Shown piece after piece: positions 1-12,203 of a DNA stretch of 64,000 nt. This DNA comes from Rhizodiscina lignyota (taxonomy: Eukaryota). The notes beneath the pieces were generated by a model. That model saw only the letters and a program-made list of their open reading frames with translations. It was not told the origin of the DNA and searched no databases. How positions within the stretch are numbered: the first letter of the stretch is position 1; the number at the start of each line of letters is the position of its first letter. Made by a program: the position numbers and the translations under genes. The DNA is taken from the NCBI GenBank assembly GCA_010015805.1, contig ML978132.1, forward strand, positions 62,001 through 126,000, given 5' to 3'.

Positions 1-854
1 TTTATCAACAGGACCCTAACAAGCGGGAGCATTTCCACTGGATAGTGGAAGGAGCTAAAGGGTGAGGAATCAGTGAAGAAATATTCCAAGGCGATGGACT
101 CACTTATACCTTGTGAATCGCGTGCAACATGCTGCTTAGGTAGGCAGGCAGCCCGTAGCAGGTCGGATGGGAAACCGTAAGCACCGGTTTCCAGTCACTC
201 GCGCCACTAGATAGTTGAGCTGCCATTTGCCAGTTTGACAACAATGAAGACATAAACCCCATTGGGTAACGAACAGCATCAATGCGCGAAAATATTAATT
301 TTACAGGTAAGAGAGCAAGTGCTCCTTTTATGGTTGAAAAACAGCCACTCTCAGTCCTCCGTAATCAGACCGACAGCGGGTCCTCAGGCCAGATGGAGTA
401 ACGACGTCGTAACCGACTCGGACGAGAAAGCCTCAGAAATATCCTATCTATGACTCAATCCAGTAATGTCTCTAGGCAAGTGGGCGACAAAAAAGCTGAG
501 CCATGGCTACAATATGTCGAACCGTGACGATGCATATACTCTTTATTTTATATAGATTATATTCACTAAGTCCAAGTTTTTTAGATAAATACTGTCTAGT
601 GTATATTTAATCGGACTTTCAGAGATGCTCTCACTGGTGTAGAAGAAGATATCTCATATCTACTGCACGCATTCAAATTCACGACTCCACGAGACTCAAG
701 TATTGTCACTTTTCTCATATCGAAGTCTAGTTCGTAAGCTACTTGCTCTCTAGAGTCGTGTGAATGAAGTCTAAGAAATGCAATCAGTGAATCATGCAGC
801 TCATGAAAATCCGTCTTTTGGTTCCAATTCATCAAAAGATCGCATTCCGAAGAT

Positions 855-2581
855 CTAAGAAACCCCATCACTAAACTCGACAACTGCCCATTTCCCAGTC
901 CAAGCCCACTTCCTCGCTCCACTATCACCGCCGCCTCCCTCCATTGCTCGAAGCTCCTCGTCCCTTCCCTCAGGCAAGCCAACGACGACATCGCCTTTAC
1001 AAGTTCGCAACGCCAACACACGCAATCCAGATGAACCGCCAAGCGGGCCAAGCGCTTGCGAGAATGGGGTCGTGGCGGGCCACATTGCCTATCCAAAGCT
1101 GATTAGCACATATCCCCCGCTATTGTTCTTTTAAGAAGATGACTTACGTCGCCAGTCAGCTTCCTGTAGTTCAAATCTCCTTTGAAGATTGCCAATTCGC
1201 TCTTCTTCAGGTCGTCCCACAGATCCGGCGCACTCGTTGGTAGACGCCAGAAGCTTCCACCCTCCGTCCAGAAGGTGTTGGGTCTCAACACCAGTTGGCC
1301 TTCGGCATGAAAGGTACTCCATTGCTGGAATAAGAATTTCACATTATCGACTTCCTGATCAGACAGAGGCTTAGGCGTTCTTTCGGCATGCTTATCATCG
1401 TCCGAGAGCGAGGTGTAGAACGTTTGCGGATCCGCTAGAGCATTCAACAGTGCGCTGAAATCCGCTGGCACAACGTCCGACACAAACCATGGTATCGTCT
1501 TCGGGTGCAGCACAATGGTTGTGGCAAGACCGGAGGTCAGGAGATACCCGGCAAGAATGAGGTCGACGAAAAGCTCGAAGCCGGCATTGTCCAGGACGAA
1601 ATCAACTCTTCTCTCCGGCTTGCCCTCCTTTTGCAATTCCCGCAACGCTGCGAATGCAGCTGGTAGGTCGTTGACGAGTATATTCTTCTCTGATGCCTTC
1701 CTAGCCTCTGCGCCTTGTAGCTTCTGAAAGTCAACGTATGACAGGTTCGTGAGCAGCGATAAATCGGTCGCATTGCCCCAAAGACAGATCTCGCACATCT
1801 CAATGAAGAGCAGTTTCTCCGCAGCCTCGACCTCGTCTGCAGACTTGGATTCTGACGGAGGCGCAGTCTTGTCCTTCTCTATTTGTGCGACAATGTCTTT
1901 ATATTTCGCGGCAAGTTCAAGGATGGCGGGACGTGAGGAGCGTATGGAGGCGGTCTTTTGGCGTGCGAAGATGTCGTATGTCTTCCAGTGCTTGGAGAGG
2001 GAGAACAGACTGTTCATTCGCCTATCTTGTACTCATCAGCATCAATTGGTGCAGAATTCGAACGTTGAGCGACGATGAGACAGTACCTATACATGTAGCA
2101 CTCTGAATATAGCCATGCAACATCTAACCAGTTCGGATTACCTCGCTGCTCGAGCTCCTGATTGTAGCCTGCGATATCCGGCTGTCCGTCGTCTGGAAGA
2201 GGTCTTCGCCAAGTTAGGGCATTGCCAGGACTGAAGCGGAGGATACACACGTCAATTGTCTGCCATGTTGTAGCTCATACTTCAGCTTGGCGAGGTCCGA
2301 TACGATCCGCTTCCCTTCTTCAATGACACCTGCGTCGCTCGCGGCGGCGGTGGATCGATGGACATCGTCAATTGCTGCTGTCTGCGGGGTTTCGTTTAGG
2401 ACGATGTCTCATTCGAAAAGTTTGGAGGTATCATACAACGATCACTGGCCAGCGCTCTCTGGCAGAGGGATATGCGAACGAGAGCTCGTCTGCTGTGCTC
2501 CACAGTGCTATCGTACAAGAGTCAGCACTCTGTCAATGGACACGGAGGGTTAAGCCTACGGGTCTTGGTGTCGAACTCCAT
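855..2581 (-). CDS. DUF89/ARMT1-like damage-control phosphatase (multi-exon)
   Basis: Exonic ORFs carry EICLWGNATDLSLL, FVLDNAGFELFVDL, HPKTIPWFVSD, IFKGDLNYRKL and LRTCKGDVVVGL, typical of the DUF89/YMR027W family. ATG at 2581 (MEFDTKT) is followed by a GT donor. Confidence 0.88.
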
Positions 2582-2904
2582 CTTCTGCGACGTTGATCGA
2601 GGGGTGGACAGAGCGTTGAGATGCTGGAGTACCGTAACTTATTTATTTCCTGTCGCAATTGCCGCAATAGGTACTCCGCCTCGAAATTTTCGGTGCTTGC
2701 TCGATCGAAAACGCCGACGAAAACGCCATGTGAAGGAACTTAGCGGGTTGTGGCGCATGACGTCGCCTGCATCCATGTCAAGCAGCCGCAAAAAGCATGC
2801 AAGCATTCGCACTTCAATCTCGACGGCATCATCGCCGTCTGCCTCCCAAGAAATGCTCTGGAGACATGCCTCATCTGCTACAGCATGATACACCTGTGCT
2901 CTAG

Positions 2905-4080
2905 ATGCCTCGAGTCGTGCCGCCCATCGATGGGCGCACTTCCAACTCCTCCCTCAACCCATCCTTCGTCGAGTCGGTAGCCGGCTTTTCTGCAGGTGTC
3001 GTCGCGACGTTGGTCGTGCATCCCTTCGACATCCTCAAGACCCGCCTTCAACGTATGCACTCTCCCAACATCCGATCCGAGTGTGCGAGGCAAACTCAGA
3101 GCCGAGGCTGACCAGACGCGCAGTGGACCAGTCAACCAAAGCACAATGGGGCAGCTCGTGGAAAATTCTACGGAAGATTGTGCGCGAAGAGGGCAATGTT
3201 ACAGCACTGTATAGAGGCCTCTGGCCGAATATGATCGGGAATTCTGTTAGCTGGGCACTGTATTTCCTCTGGTACGTTGGGATGGGCTGATCCGGCGGAG
3301 TATGAGGCGCTGACACGCGTACCAGGTATCGCAACATCAAAGACTTCTTCCAGGCTCAGAGAGGCCCCGGCGGTCGGCTATCATCGGCAGACTATCTGCT
3401 GGCATCTGGGACATCAGGTACCGTAAAACGGCGTTGCGGTGTATAATCATCTGACAGTGATAGGCATCCTAACCGCTGTGTGCACCAATCCAATATGGGT
3501 CATAAAGACTCGAATGATCTCGACCGGTCGGAACACACCCGGAGCGTATACGGGCATGTGGCACGGCACAAAAGAAATAGCACGGACTGAAGGGCTGCGT
3601 GGCTTCTATCGAGGCCTCTTACCCAGCCTTTTCGGCGTGTCTCATGGCGCAATACAATTCATGGCCTACGAGCAACTAAAGCTCAGGCGTAGCGCACAAA
3701 TCAACAATGCTGAATTGAGTAATTGGGATTACCTCACGCTGAGTGCCGTCTCAAAAATATTTGCTGGCAGTATTACGTATCCATATCAAGTGGTGCGGTC
3801 GCGACTTCAGACGTACGATGCTCAAATCGCCTACACGTCCGCGGGCGACGTTGTCACACAAGTTTGGCGGAAAGAGGGAATACGAGGATTTTACAAAGGG
3901 TGAGTCAATGACGACCTGCCTTACATCCATTATTTTTGGCTGATACCCTCTCAAATCAGTCTTGTGCCAAATATTGTTCGCGTCCTGCCATCAACTTGCG
4001 TTACGTTTCTGGTCTACGAGAACACGAAATTCTACCTTCCCCGATTTTATGATACCCACAATACAGCGGAATTAGAATAA
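2905..4080 (+). CDS. Mitochondrial carrier, folate/FAD transporter (FLX1/SLC25A32-like), multi-exon
   Basis: Three carrier signature repeats (HPFDILKTRLQ, NPIWVIKTRM, YPYQVVRSRLQ). The last exon ends LVPNIVRVLPSTCVTFLVYENTKF...ELE*. Confidence 0.85.
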
Positions 4081-4446
4081 TCGGATCGGCCTCAGTGGCT
4101 ACCAAAATGAGGGGCATTTGGATGTGTGGTCGACGAAAATATGCGAAGCCGACCTCTTTCTAACGGCTGCAAGATCATTTGATGACTCGAGCTTGCATTG
4201 TACATTACCTGATGCCGACTTGGCCACAGATGATTTTTTGATAACTGGGTACCATTAAACGTTCACCGTTATTTTCTCAGTGAATTTATATATTTATGCG
4301 CTCGCCGGCACCACTGCTGCGAGCACTTTCACTCTTGTTAGCAAACCATTCAGCGCTACATTGTAGGCTTTTGTCGCGCCAAAATTTGGACTTTTTCGCG
4401 GACTCTATTTCCAAGACTTTCTGGTTAGCTTCCTGGGTTTCTCATC

Positions 4447-5331
4447 ATGTCTCACGGGGGTTCGGATAGGGTTGGCGGACCCAAAAGAATCGGTAGTCCT
4501 CCAATCCGCAATCTTCCAAAGGTCTTCAGTCCATATATATGCGACCGACCAAAGGAAGTCACGAAGGCATCAAACAACTCTCGAGGCCTTTGTCCGATAT
4601 CCGCCGATTTGCAAGCCGTTCTCTCACACCTCGACGAAAGAGAGCTCTCACGCTTCCTTCTGTGGTATCTTTACCACGATCTAGCCTGGTCTCCCCCCGC
4701 CGAGGAACCAAATCTCTCACTCCCCATCTCTCCCAACCCCGGATTCATCCGTCTGGGCGCGGAGCTCCGTCACTGTGCCCCAAAAGGCCCGATCACGTTT
4801 CCAAAGCGATTGCAGGAACTCTGCGACTCGCTATATGTCGATGTTGAGCATGTGCGAAATTGCATCGAGCGCGTCGCCGACCTAGAGAGATTAGTCCTCA
4901 CTGATGCCGCTGAACTCCGTAGAGTGAACAGTGGCTCTAAGGCCGCAATGGCACTGCTAGAGCGTCACTACTCGCTTCTCAGCCGCCTGTACCTTTCCAC
5001 CCCGCAGGAGGAAGAAAGACGTTCACATATCAAGGAGGTTATCGAGAATTTCCGTCACAAGTTGAAGAATCCGCATGACAGATGCCTCAAGTCGACGGAA
5101 ACCCATCTGTTTGTCATCACGAGGTCATATTGTTATTGTTTCATCGACGACGAGTGGACTGCGAGGTTTCTAGGGAGGTACGTCGATGACCAGACCAGGT
5201 CCACCATGTTCGAGGAGAAAGAGAGAGTTGCACAGATGATCAAGAAGCATGAGAGCAGCGACCATTTGGGAGCGAAGACGTTCGGAGTAATTGGAGATCG
5301 GAGACCTCGAAAGTCGTCGCAGAGCTCGTAG
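4447..5331 (+). CDS. Hypothetical protein, 294 aa
   Basis: Long intronless ORF with an ATG start; no motif recognised. Confidence 0.5.
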   Translation: MSHGGSDRVGGPKRIGSPPIRNLPKVFSPYICDRPKEVTKASNNSRGLCPISADLQAVLSHLDERELSRFLLWYLYHDLAWSPPAEEPNLSLPISPNPGFIRLGAELRHCAPKGPITFPKRLQELCDSLYVDVEHVRNCIERVADLERLVLTDAAELRRVNSGSKAAMALLERHYSLLSRLYLSTPQEEERRSHIKEVIENFRHKLKNPHDRCLKSTETHLFVITRSYCYCFIDDEWTARFLGRYVDDQTRSTMFEEKERVAQMIKKHESSDHLGAKTFGVIGDRRPRKSSQSS

Positions 5332-5993
5332 AAGAGAAACTAACCAGATGTCAGCAGCACTGAACAGATACGATACGCTTATTCATTTTCATTTTACAAG
5401 AGAATTTCGGGGGCGCATTGGTGAATGTAATTAATATGGCAAAAGACACTCCAGCGACTTTATTTTCCACTTTTAGACCTCTGTCTTCTGCGAGTTCCGT
5501 CTGCGAACTACTTTTGGCCTAGAGATACCACCTGGTAGCATTATGTAGGCCAGCGCAATTCGAATATATTCGAAAGTTTGAAAGTTCAAAGACTTGAAGT
5601 AATATATCGACGGTGAAGCTTCTGGAACGGTCTTCCTCTTGAATTCCCATTTCGGGGACCGATATTAAATAATTTAATATATTGATTGAGCAAAGCAAAG
5701 AAGCAATGTAAGCGATCAAAATTTCCGATGATAGAAAAAGTTGCAAAGAGAATCTGCAAGAAAATATAGAGAGAGGAAAGGAAATACTTTACTTATACTT
5801 GCAAACCCTGTGACGTGGTCGGCGCTTGCAGGTGAATGAAAGTCGACCGATTCCATCATTTGCAACAAACAATGACTGAAATCAAGGCACGAGGTGTTCG
5901 GCACTTCAGGGGCGACTAATTTGAGCACCAAGTGACTGAACACCCTCCGTGTCACGGAAAACCTCAGGATCGGACTGAGTTGCTTGGTCGCCC

Positions 5994-6611
5994 CTAAGGA
6001 TACCATTGCTCCCACGGTAGCAAGTTTGCACCCTTCTCCTGCAATTCTTCGTCGATGTCTCTCTCGATTTCCACGGCCTTCTTCTCCTCCGTATCGTATG
6101 TAGAGTGCGCACCGGAGAGAACAGTGACATCGAATCCAGCGCCAAGAGCGCCTTTTGATGTGGCCTGCACGCAGCAGTCACTCTGAATGCCAAAGGTCAC
6201 GATTCTCTTCACACCGCTTTGCTTCAGTTGTGAAGCAAGCTCCGGGTTCGATTCGAAGGTGTCTCTGCGTATGCGTAAGGAGGCAAGACATGGAACCTCG
6301 GAATCCGATGTAGCTTACTGGGTCTGCTTCCCAACCAACATCTCATGATCATCTTCTTCTCGAGGCTTGAACACAAGCTCCCATGGCTTGCTTCCCTTAA
6401 TCAACGTCCCATCTGTTTCTTCATGCTGGACAAAGACAATCTCCAAGTCAGAAGGAGCGCCATTTGAACGGCCCTTATCAATGTAGGATCTGGCTCTATC
6501 CAGAAGGGCAGTCCCAGCGTCGCAAATGCGCGAGGCGTCCGGTATCCTCGTTTGTGGATCAAGCGCAAGCTCGTCCTGGATATCGATCACGAAGAGGGCT
6601 GTTTTGGCCAT
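5994..6611 (-). CDS. Isochorismatase-family cysteine hydrolase (one intron)
   Basis: KTALFVIDIQ, IVFVQHEE, then after the intron DTFESNPEL...IVTFGIQSDCCVQATSKGA...GAHSTY. Confidence 0.85.
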
Positions 6612-7099
6612 TGCATTATCCTGTGAAAAGAGCAGTGATAGGAAGGGAGACGCGTTCCTTATTATAAATCCGCACAACCTCTGCCGAATGCACGAGTCAT
6701 GCATGGAACGCGTCGCGCGTGCACATGATGTGTCAAGTGGATGGCACAAAAGCTCAGTCGCGCCTGCAATATGGCCACGAGGATACACAGGCCTGTCAGT
6801 TGACATAGAATTATACTGTTAATCATGGTGTACATAGCACCTAATCACCCTGTCTTCATCTAACGCGAAAACAGGATCAATGCTCAGCAATTTGGGAACC
6901 CTCCCTCTCGTCATTTCTACACCAGTTGCGCAACTGGTTCCATCCCTTAGTTAAGTGGACAGCAACCGAGAGCCGCAAACTTCGGAATCAACACTGATAC
7001 TAGCCGATAAATCTTGAATGTGCATTCCTCGAAACGATTTCAAATCAGACGCTCTTAAACTCAATTGCTCTTCTCGACTTCCAAACTTTACAAACGCTC

Positions 7100-8716
7100 T
7101 TACAGTCGACTTGACATGCGCAGTTCATGCGGCACTCTCACCAGATCTGGACTCAACTGCTTGAGGTCCGTAACCCCCAGTAATTTCATTGTTATCTCAA
7201 TTTCGTCGGCCAATACTAGTCCGAGTCAGCATCCATCCATAAAGTATGATATCTTGTACTTACTGTCAATGACTCTCTCGATACCCTTCACCCCGTATAC
7301 AGCTGCCGCATACATGAAGGGTCTCCCAACCGCAACCGAAGTCGCTCCGAGGCATAGTGCTTTCAAGATATCCGCACCAGTTCGGAAGCTCCCATCACAG
7401 TAAATTTCCATTCGACCCAGAATTTCCGGGGCCATTGAACGGATCTCCAATAGCGTTTCAAGCGAGCTCGGCGCATCCTGGAGCTGTCTACCGCCATGAT
7501 TGCTCAGATAGATGCCCTGGCAGCCCGTATCATACGCCATCTTCGCATCCGCGGCAGATTGGATGCCCTTGAGCACGATGGGTCCGTCCCACTCTTTCCG
7601 GATCCATTTGAGGTCGTCCCAGTTCAGTGCCTGCGATATGACACCTGGTCGGGAACGGCCTCCAGTTTGCGGTCTGCCATCTTTGGCCTTACCATCTTTC
7701 CCATCTGAGACCAAATTCCCAACCGGCCGTTCCGTTATGCCCGCTTCGATCAATTCACGAGATTGGAGCCTGCGGTCCTGGATGCGCTTGCCTAAAATAT
7801 GGGTGTCGACTGTAATGAAGAGGCCCTTGTAGCCGAGCGCACGTGCACGCCGGAGGAAGTCCTGTGTGATTTTTTGGTTCGAGTTCACGTAGAGCTGCAG
7901 AAACAGCTGGCTCCGGTCCCGCATATTCGACTCGGCCTGCGCCGTTCTAAATGATTCCATAATAACATCATGCGTCAGCGTTGCCGACGTACTCACACAA
8001 TAATGCGTGGCTTTCTGTGCTGCACCTCTTGCAACCACACGCTCTGCATCACTGTGCATCGAGCCCGCCAGACCCATTGGTGCGATGAAGAACGGAAACC
8101 GGCTTTGATGGGACAGCATACAGCGTGTCGAATTCACGTGCTCTACATTTCGCATGACGCGAGGGCGGAAAGAGAGGCTGGACCAGGTGCGGTGATATGA
8201 ATTGATCCGATCCTCTAAGCTGGAGAATGAGTGGACGTAAGTGAACGCTCGATCGGAGAGCAGTGCTTTCGCAACTGGCTCGAAATCGTGAGTCATAACC
8301 ATGGAGACTATTGGAGGAATCTCATTCTCCGATCCTGTATTCCCGGTGGTCGATTTCTTTGGTTGAGCAAGTGCCGAAGGATTACCAGTGAGTTTCCCCA
8401 GACATTGTCCTAAATCACACTCAGCATATTCAGAACTATGAAGACGAACATGCGACGAGACTAACCCTGAGTCATATGCTCATCCAGAGTTTGCTGTGTA
8501 TGGACTTCGTTAAATGCCTCCGAGGCGTCCTAGCAGCTGTCAATGTCGTCTCTTGTCTCACGCCTCAGAGGAACCCACAGCTCCGGCATATTTAAGAATA
8601 AGACTAGGGCCTCCAGGATGTTCGTCGACGAAAGAAGTCACATCGTACACCTTCGAATTGACTACTATCCAACATGACTGCATTCCGTTGTGCTTTGCGA
8701 CCTCTGCGGCGTCCAT
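7100..8716 (-). CDS. Flavocytochrome b2-like FMN-dependent alpha-hydroxy acid dehydrogenase with N-terminal cytochrome b5 domain
   Basis: N-terminus MDAAEVAKHNGMQSCWIVVNSKVYDVTSFVDEHPGG (b5 heme motif); FRPRV, LFITVD, LKGIQ, LSNHGGRQL and DGSFRTGADILKAL motifs. The spliced last exon ends ...HELRMSSRL*. Confidence 0.9.
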
Positions 8717-9665
8717 GGCTTACAAGCTCGAAATTACAGGAACAATGCTCGCTGAGAGTTGGGGATGATGCTCAGCAGTGTACACGGGCAGAGAGGATAA
8801 AATGCTAACAATGACCGAAAAGTTCAGAACGCTACGAAGTGATGTATGAGATGCGCCAAATGAATCTCCAAAGCTTGAGGTCTCGAAAAGTGCGCGACAG
8901 GAGTTCACCAAGGTCTCCTAATCGATGCAAATCGAATTGGAAGTGATGCAATTGGATCAAAGGTTTCCGGGATATCAGGAGTCGCTCTTAAAGATTCTTA
9001 CCCTCCGCATAATCGGCATTCTGTCCTGTGTGTACAGTCTGTCGCCCGTTGTGATTGCGGAGATCTTGCTGGTGAGAACCTCGGGAAAAGCTGCTGGCGG
9101 AAAACGCGGGGAGGTGCATAACGAAATCCGTTAAGGCCGACCCATGTTGCCATAGTCGTGGAGAGACGACGAGACTCGTGGCGGAGAACTACATATGCAA
9201 TTTTGCTATTGTTGCATGAACAGATGTTTTGGTTGTTCTATCATATTACCCTTGTAATAGGATTCGTTCTCCAGGTGTGGTCAAAGGAATGTGTTCCTTC
9301 AGAGACAGAAATAAGAAGAAACCATGGCGGTTTGAAATGCTGACTCTAAATTTCTGATAGTTTTAACTGCGAATTCGAACCGACTGTCAACTCCACTGTC
9401 ATCAGCGTCAAATGATATTCCATTTGAGCGGCCCGATGGAACATCCTCACTCGATCGTTGCGATATCAGTTTCTTCGCTTTGTCGGGAGCATTGGCTATA
9501 TTCTTTGTCATCTCACCGACTCGATAGTTCATACATATTTCACCGCTTGTCTCATATGCTGCTTCTCAGAAATGTAGAATATACCACGGTATTATCTGTG
9601 TGCGACGGGCAAATAAAGTACCACTTGGACAGACGCAATCCGGCAAATCTCGAACTCCATAACCA

Positions 9666-10298
9666 TTAATCAACTTTCATAGCCTCTGTCCTTGCCGCGT
9701 AACCTCTGTCTGCAATCATCTGGCCTCCTCCCTTCAATTTCTCGACGTCATCCGGCATCGCTCCTGTAAGGCCGTCCACATATCGGTTAAACATGCAGAA
9801 GAGGGCCGCAATGAGGACAGTGTCATGAATATCCATATCAGTGGCGCCAGATTCTTTGGCATCGGCGACGGCTTCTGGAGTGATATTCAGGCCACTGTCG
9901 CGCACCTGAGACGCGATCTTTAAGAGTCGCTTCAATTTTGGACTAGCCTCAGTCTCTTCGGCCGCAATATCACGTCTGATGCAGATGGTGTTGACTGTTT
10001 CCTCGGCCTTGGTTTTGAGGGTTTCAGGGTCCTGCCCGGTGCTCTCGGTATTAGCATTGCAGATATGGGCAGCCGCCACGGCTCCATGGATGGTTGCGCA
10101 ATAGTTGCAACGGTTTAGAGAAGAAACATAGGTTGCGATCATTTCCCTCTCGCTCGGTATCAAGGTCGACTCTGGATGAGAAGTTCGTAGCATATTGTCG
10201 GCCAACGCAGCGAGTTGCATGTAGACATCTGGACGATATGCACCCAACGCCAGCATGCCTGGTAGGTTCACGGGCAACGTTGGAAGACGTGGCGACAT
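9666..10298 (-). CDS. AhpD/carboxymuconolactone decarboxylase-like (peroxidase-related) protein
   Basis: EREMIATYVSSLNRCNYCATIHG (CxxC-H motif) and IHDTVLIAALFCMFNRYVDGL; intronless. Confidence 0.85.
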   Translation of the reverse strand: MSPRLPTLPVNLPGMLALGAYRPDVYMQLAALADNMLRTSHPESTLIPSEREMIATYVSSLNRCNYCATIHGAVAAAHICNANTESTGQDPETLKTKAEETVNTICIRRDIAAEETEASPKLKRLLKIASQVRDSGLNITPEAVADAKESGATDMDIHDTVLIAALFCMFNRYVDGLTGAMPDDVEKLKGGGQMIADRGYAARTEAMKVD

Positions 10299-10673
10299 CT
10301 TGAACCCGGTGTGATAGTTGATAATGTTTATATTGACCAGCTATATTATTGGATACCAGGACAGAAGCAAAACCAGATTGATTGAGACCTTCATGCATGA
10401 TGCCGGGGACGTACATGAGCCGCATATCCGCCCGTGTACTTACAATCTTGCTAAGCTGCAAAAGTCGACAAAGAAGCGCCGGGGCGGGGTAACTGAGTGG
10501 GCAATATCGTGATACTATGTACTCCGTAAAATGCTTTTGTGCGGACTATAAATGTATTCTATGTGCTACCTTCCATTTCAAGGTTTCGTTCCTCGTATTT
10601 CTTCACCAGAAGCCCGTCCAACTACTGGAGGCGGAGCAGCATTAAGCGCTGAAATCAGCGGTGTGAAATTCGA

Positions 10674-11759
10674 ATGCCTGATGGTATAGTGATATGTTTC
10701 TCTTTCTTACCGCTGTCTATACTCTCTGAATCGTTTGAGTTCATGTCTCGTGTTACAATTCCGCCTTTCTCCAAGGAGGTGGAGCTCGTTGCAGACAGCG
10801 ACAATGTAGCTGTACCCAATGAACCGTTTATTCTGTCAGATGAGCGTGCTGTAAACAAGTTCATCCGCCAGGAAGTTGAATGTCGCATCCTTGACGAGCT
10901 CGCTCCTTACTTCTTTATATTTGCAAAGCGCTCTGCTTCTCATATTGATACCCTTCACGACTATGTCGGCACGCGCCGTGGCATTACCATTTCTGAAGAT
11001 CCGGGTCTACATTTGGTTCGCGATCACGCCGTCTTCTATATCAAGCCACTCCCACATTGTCTTCTGAACTATTCGTTTTGGAAGCAATATCTTGTGCCGC
11101 CATCATCTTCAGCTTCTTCAAGCCCGACCATCTCCACCGCATACCGCTCTGCTCTTGGCTTCCTTCGATCTTATGGGTGCCTTATACGGCATGAATCGGA
11201 TTTTCGACTTGCTCAAACGGCACTACTCATCCCGCAACATGTATCTTATACCACGTTTCAGCATTTCATCCAACCCTTCAGAGAGCTACCCGATACCACC
11301 GTTTCTCCGCGCTATCAGTACGGTCACATTCGTCTCACGCGACTCAACCTCGCCGTGCGACTACTCCGCCCCGTGTCAACGGGCAAGAGATTCCCGTGGC
11401 CATACCATCGAATGCATTGGCATTCCGATCAGTACCTCGCGCAATTTGCCGCCCCGTTACTGTTTCTGTTCGCGTGCTTGACGCTGGTGCTATCGAGCAT
11501 GCAGGTAGGACTTGCGGCGCAACCAACGGGAGCAGATAGCGCCGAGGAAGTGCAAGGTTCGGGGAAGTGGGAGGTGTTTTCGAAGGCAAGTTTATGGTTC
11601 TCGGTGGTCGTGATCCTAGGTATCGTGGGCATGGGATGCTTTGTGATATTGGGGTTTTCGATGTACGTTCTGAATCGAATCCTTGTCGGGGTTAAGGTGC
11701 ACCAAGCATGGTCAAAACGAGAGATGATTACAGACTTAGAAAGAGGAGAAAAGGGCTAA
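10674..11759 (+). CDS. Fungal membrane protein, DUF6601-like
   Basis: ISEDPGLHLV...FYIKPLPHCLLNYSFW, ALGFLRSYGCLIRHESDFRLA, RYQYGHIRLTRLN, plus two C-terminal TM segments. The true start may be a downstream ATG (~10743). Confidence 0.7.
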   Translation: MPDGIVICFSFLPLSILSESFEFMSRVTIPPFSKEVELVADSDNVAVPNEPFILSDERAVNKFIRQEVECRILDELAPYFFIFAKRSASHIDTLHDYVGTRRGITISEDPGLHLVRDHAVFYIKPLPHCLLNYSFWKQYLVPPSSSASSSPTISTAYRSALGFLRSYGCLIRHESDFRLAQTALLIPQHVSYTTFQHFIQPFRELPDTTVSPRYQYGHIRLTRLNLAVRLLRPVSTGKRFPWPYHRMHWHSDQYLAQFAAPLLFLFACLTLVLSSMQVGLAAQPTGADSAEEVQGSGKWEVFSKASLWFSVVVILGIVGMGCFVILGFSMYVLNRILVGVKVHQAWSKREMITDLERGEKG

Positions 11760-12203
11760 TAAATAATGCAAAAGGATCGTGGACAGATCATTGTCTATAA
11801 GATAGGTACGAAAGACTTATCGTCGACTCATTCTGGTGGTTTGAGGATATTATGGGTGACGCCGGTCCCCAACAGTAGTTAGAAACAAGATAGATTGATT
11901 CTTAATTAGAGATTCGAGTAATTCTTGCTGCTTCCGAGTTGGCGTGTAATGTGAATGGGATATGACCACAACAGAATCGCAATGGTTCGATAAAGGACCC
12001 TTACGAAGTAGACTTACAATAACCGGACCCACAATTTTCCACTTTCGCTTGACCACTTTACGCGCCTTGACGCGTCGCGTCTGCCGACGACCACTTCTCG
12101 AAGTATCACGTCACCTAGCTCCGCAGACTCGCTTGACCAAATTTCGACCTTCTTAAGCCTCAGTGGCCCTCGTTCAGCCTCAGGTCCACATTGACAAGCA
12201 GAC

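Noticed and set aside
170..192. GGAAACCG-N7-CGGTTTCC hairpin
   Set aside because: An isolated 8-bp stem is expected by chance, and no RNA family context was recognised.
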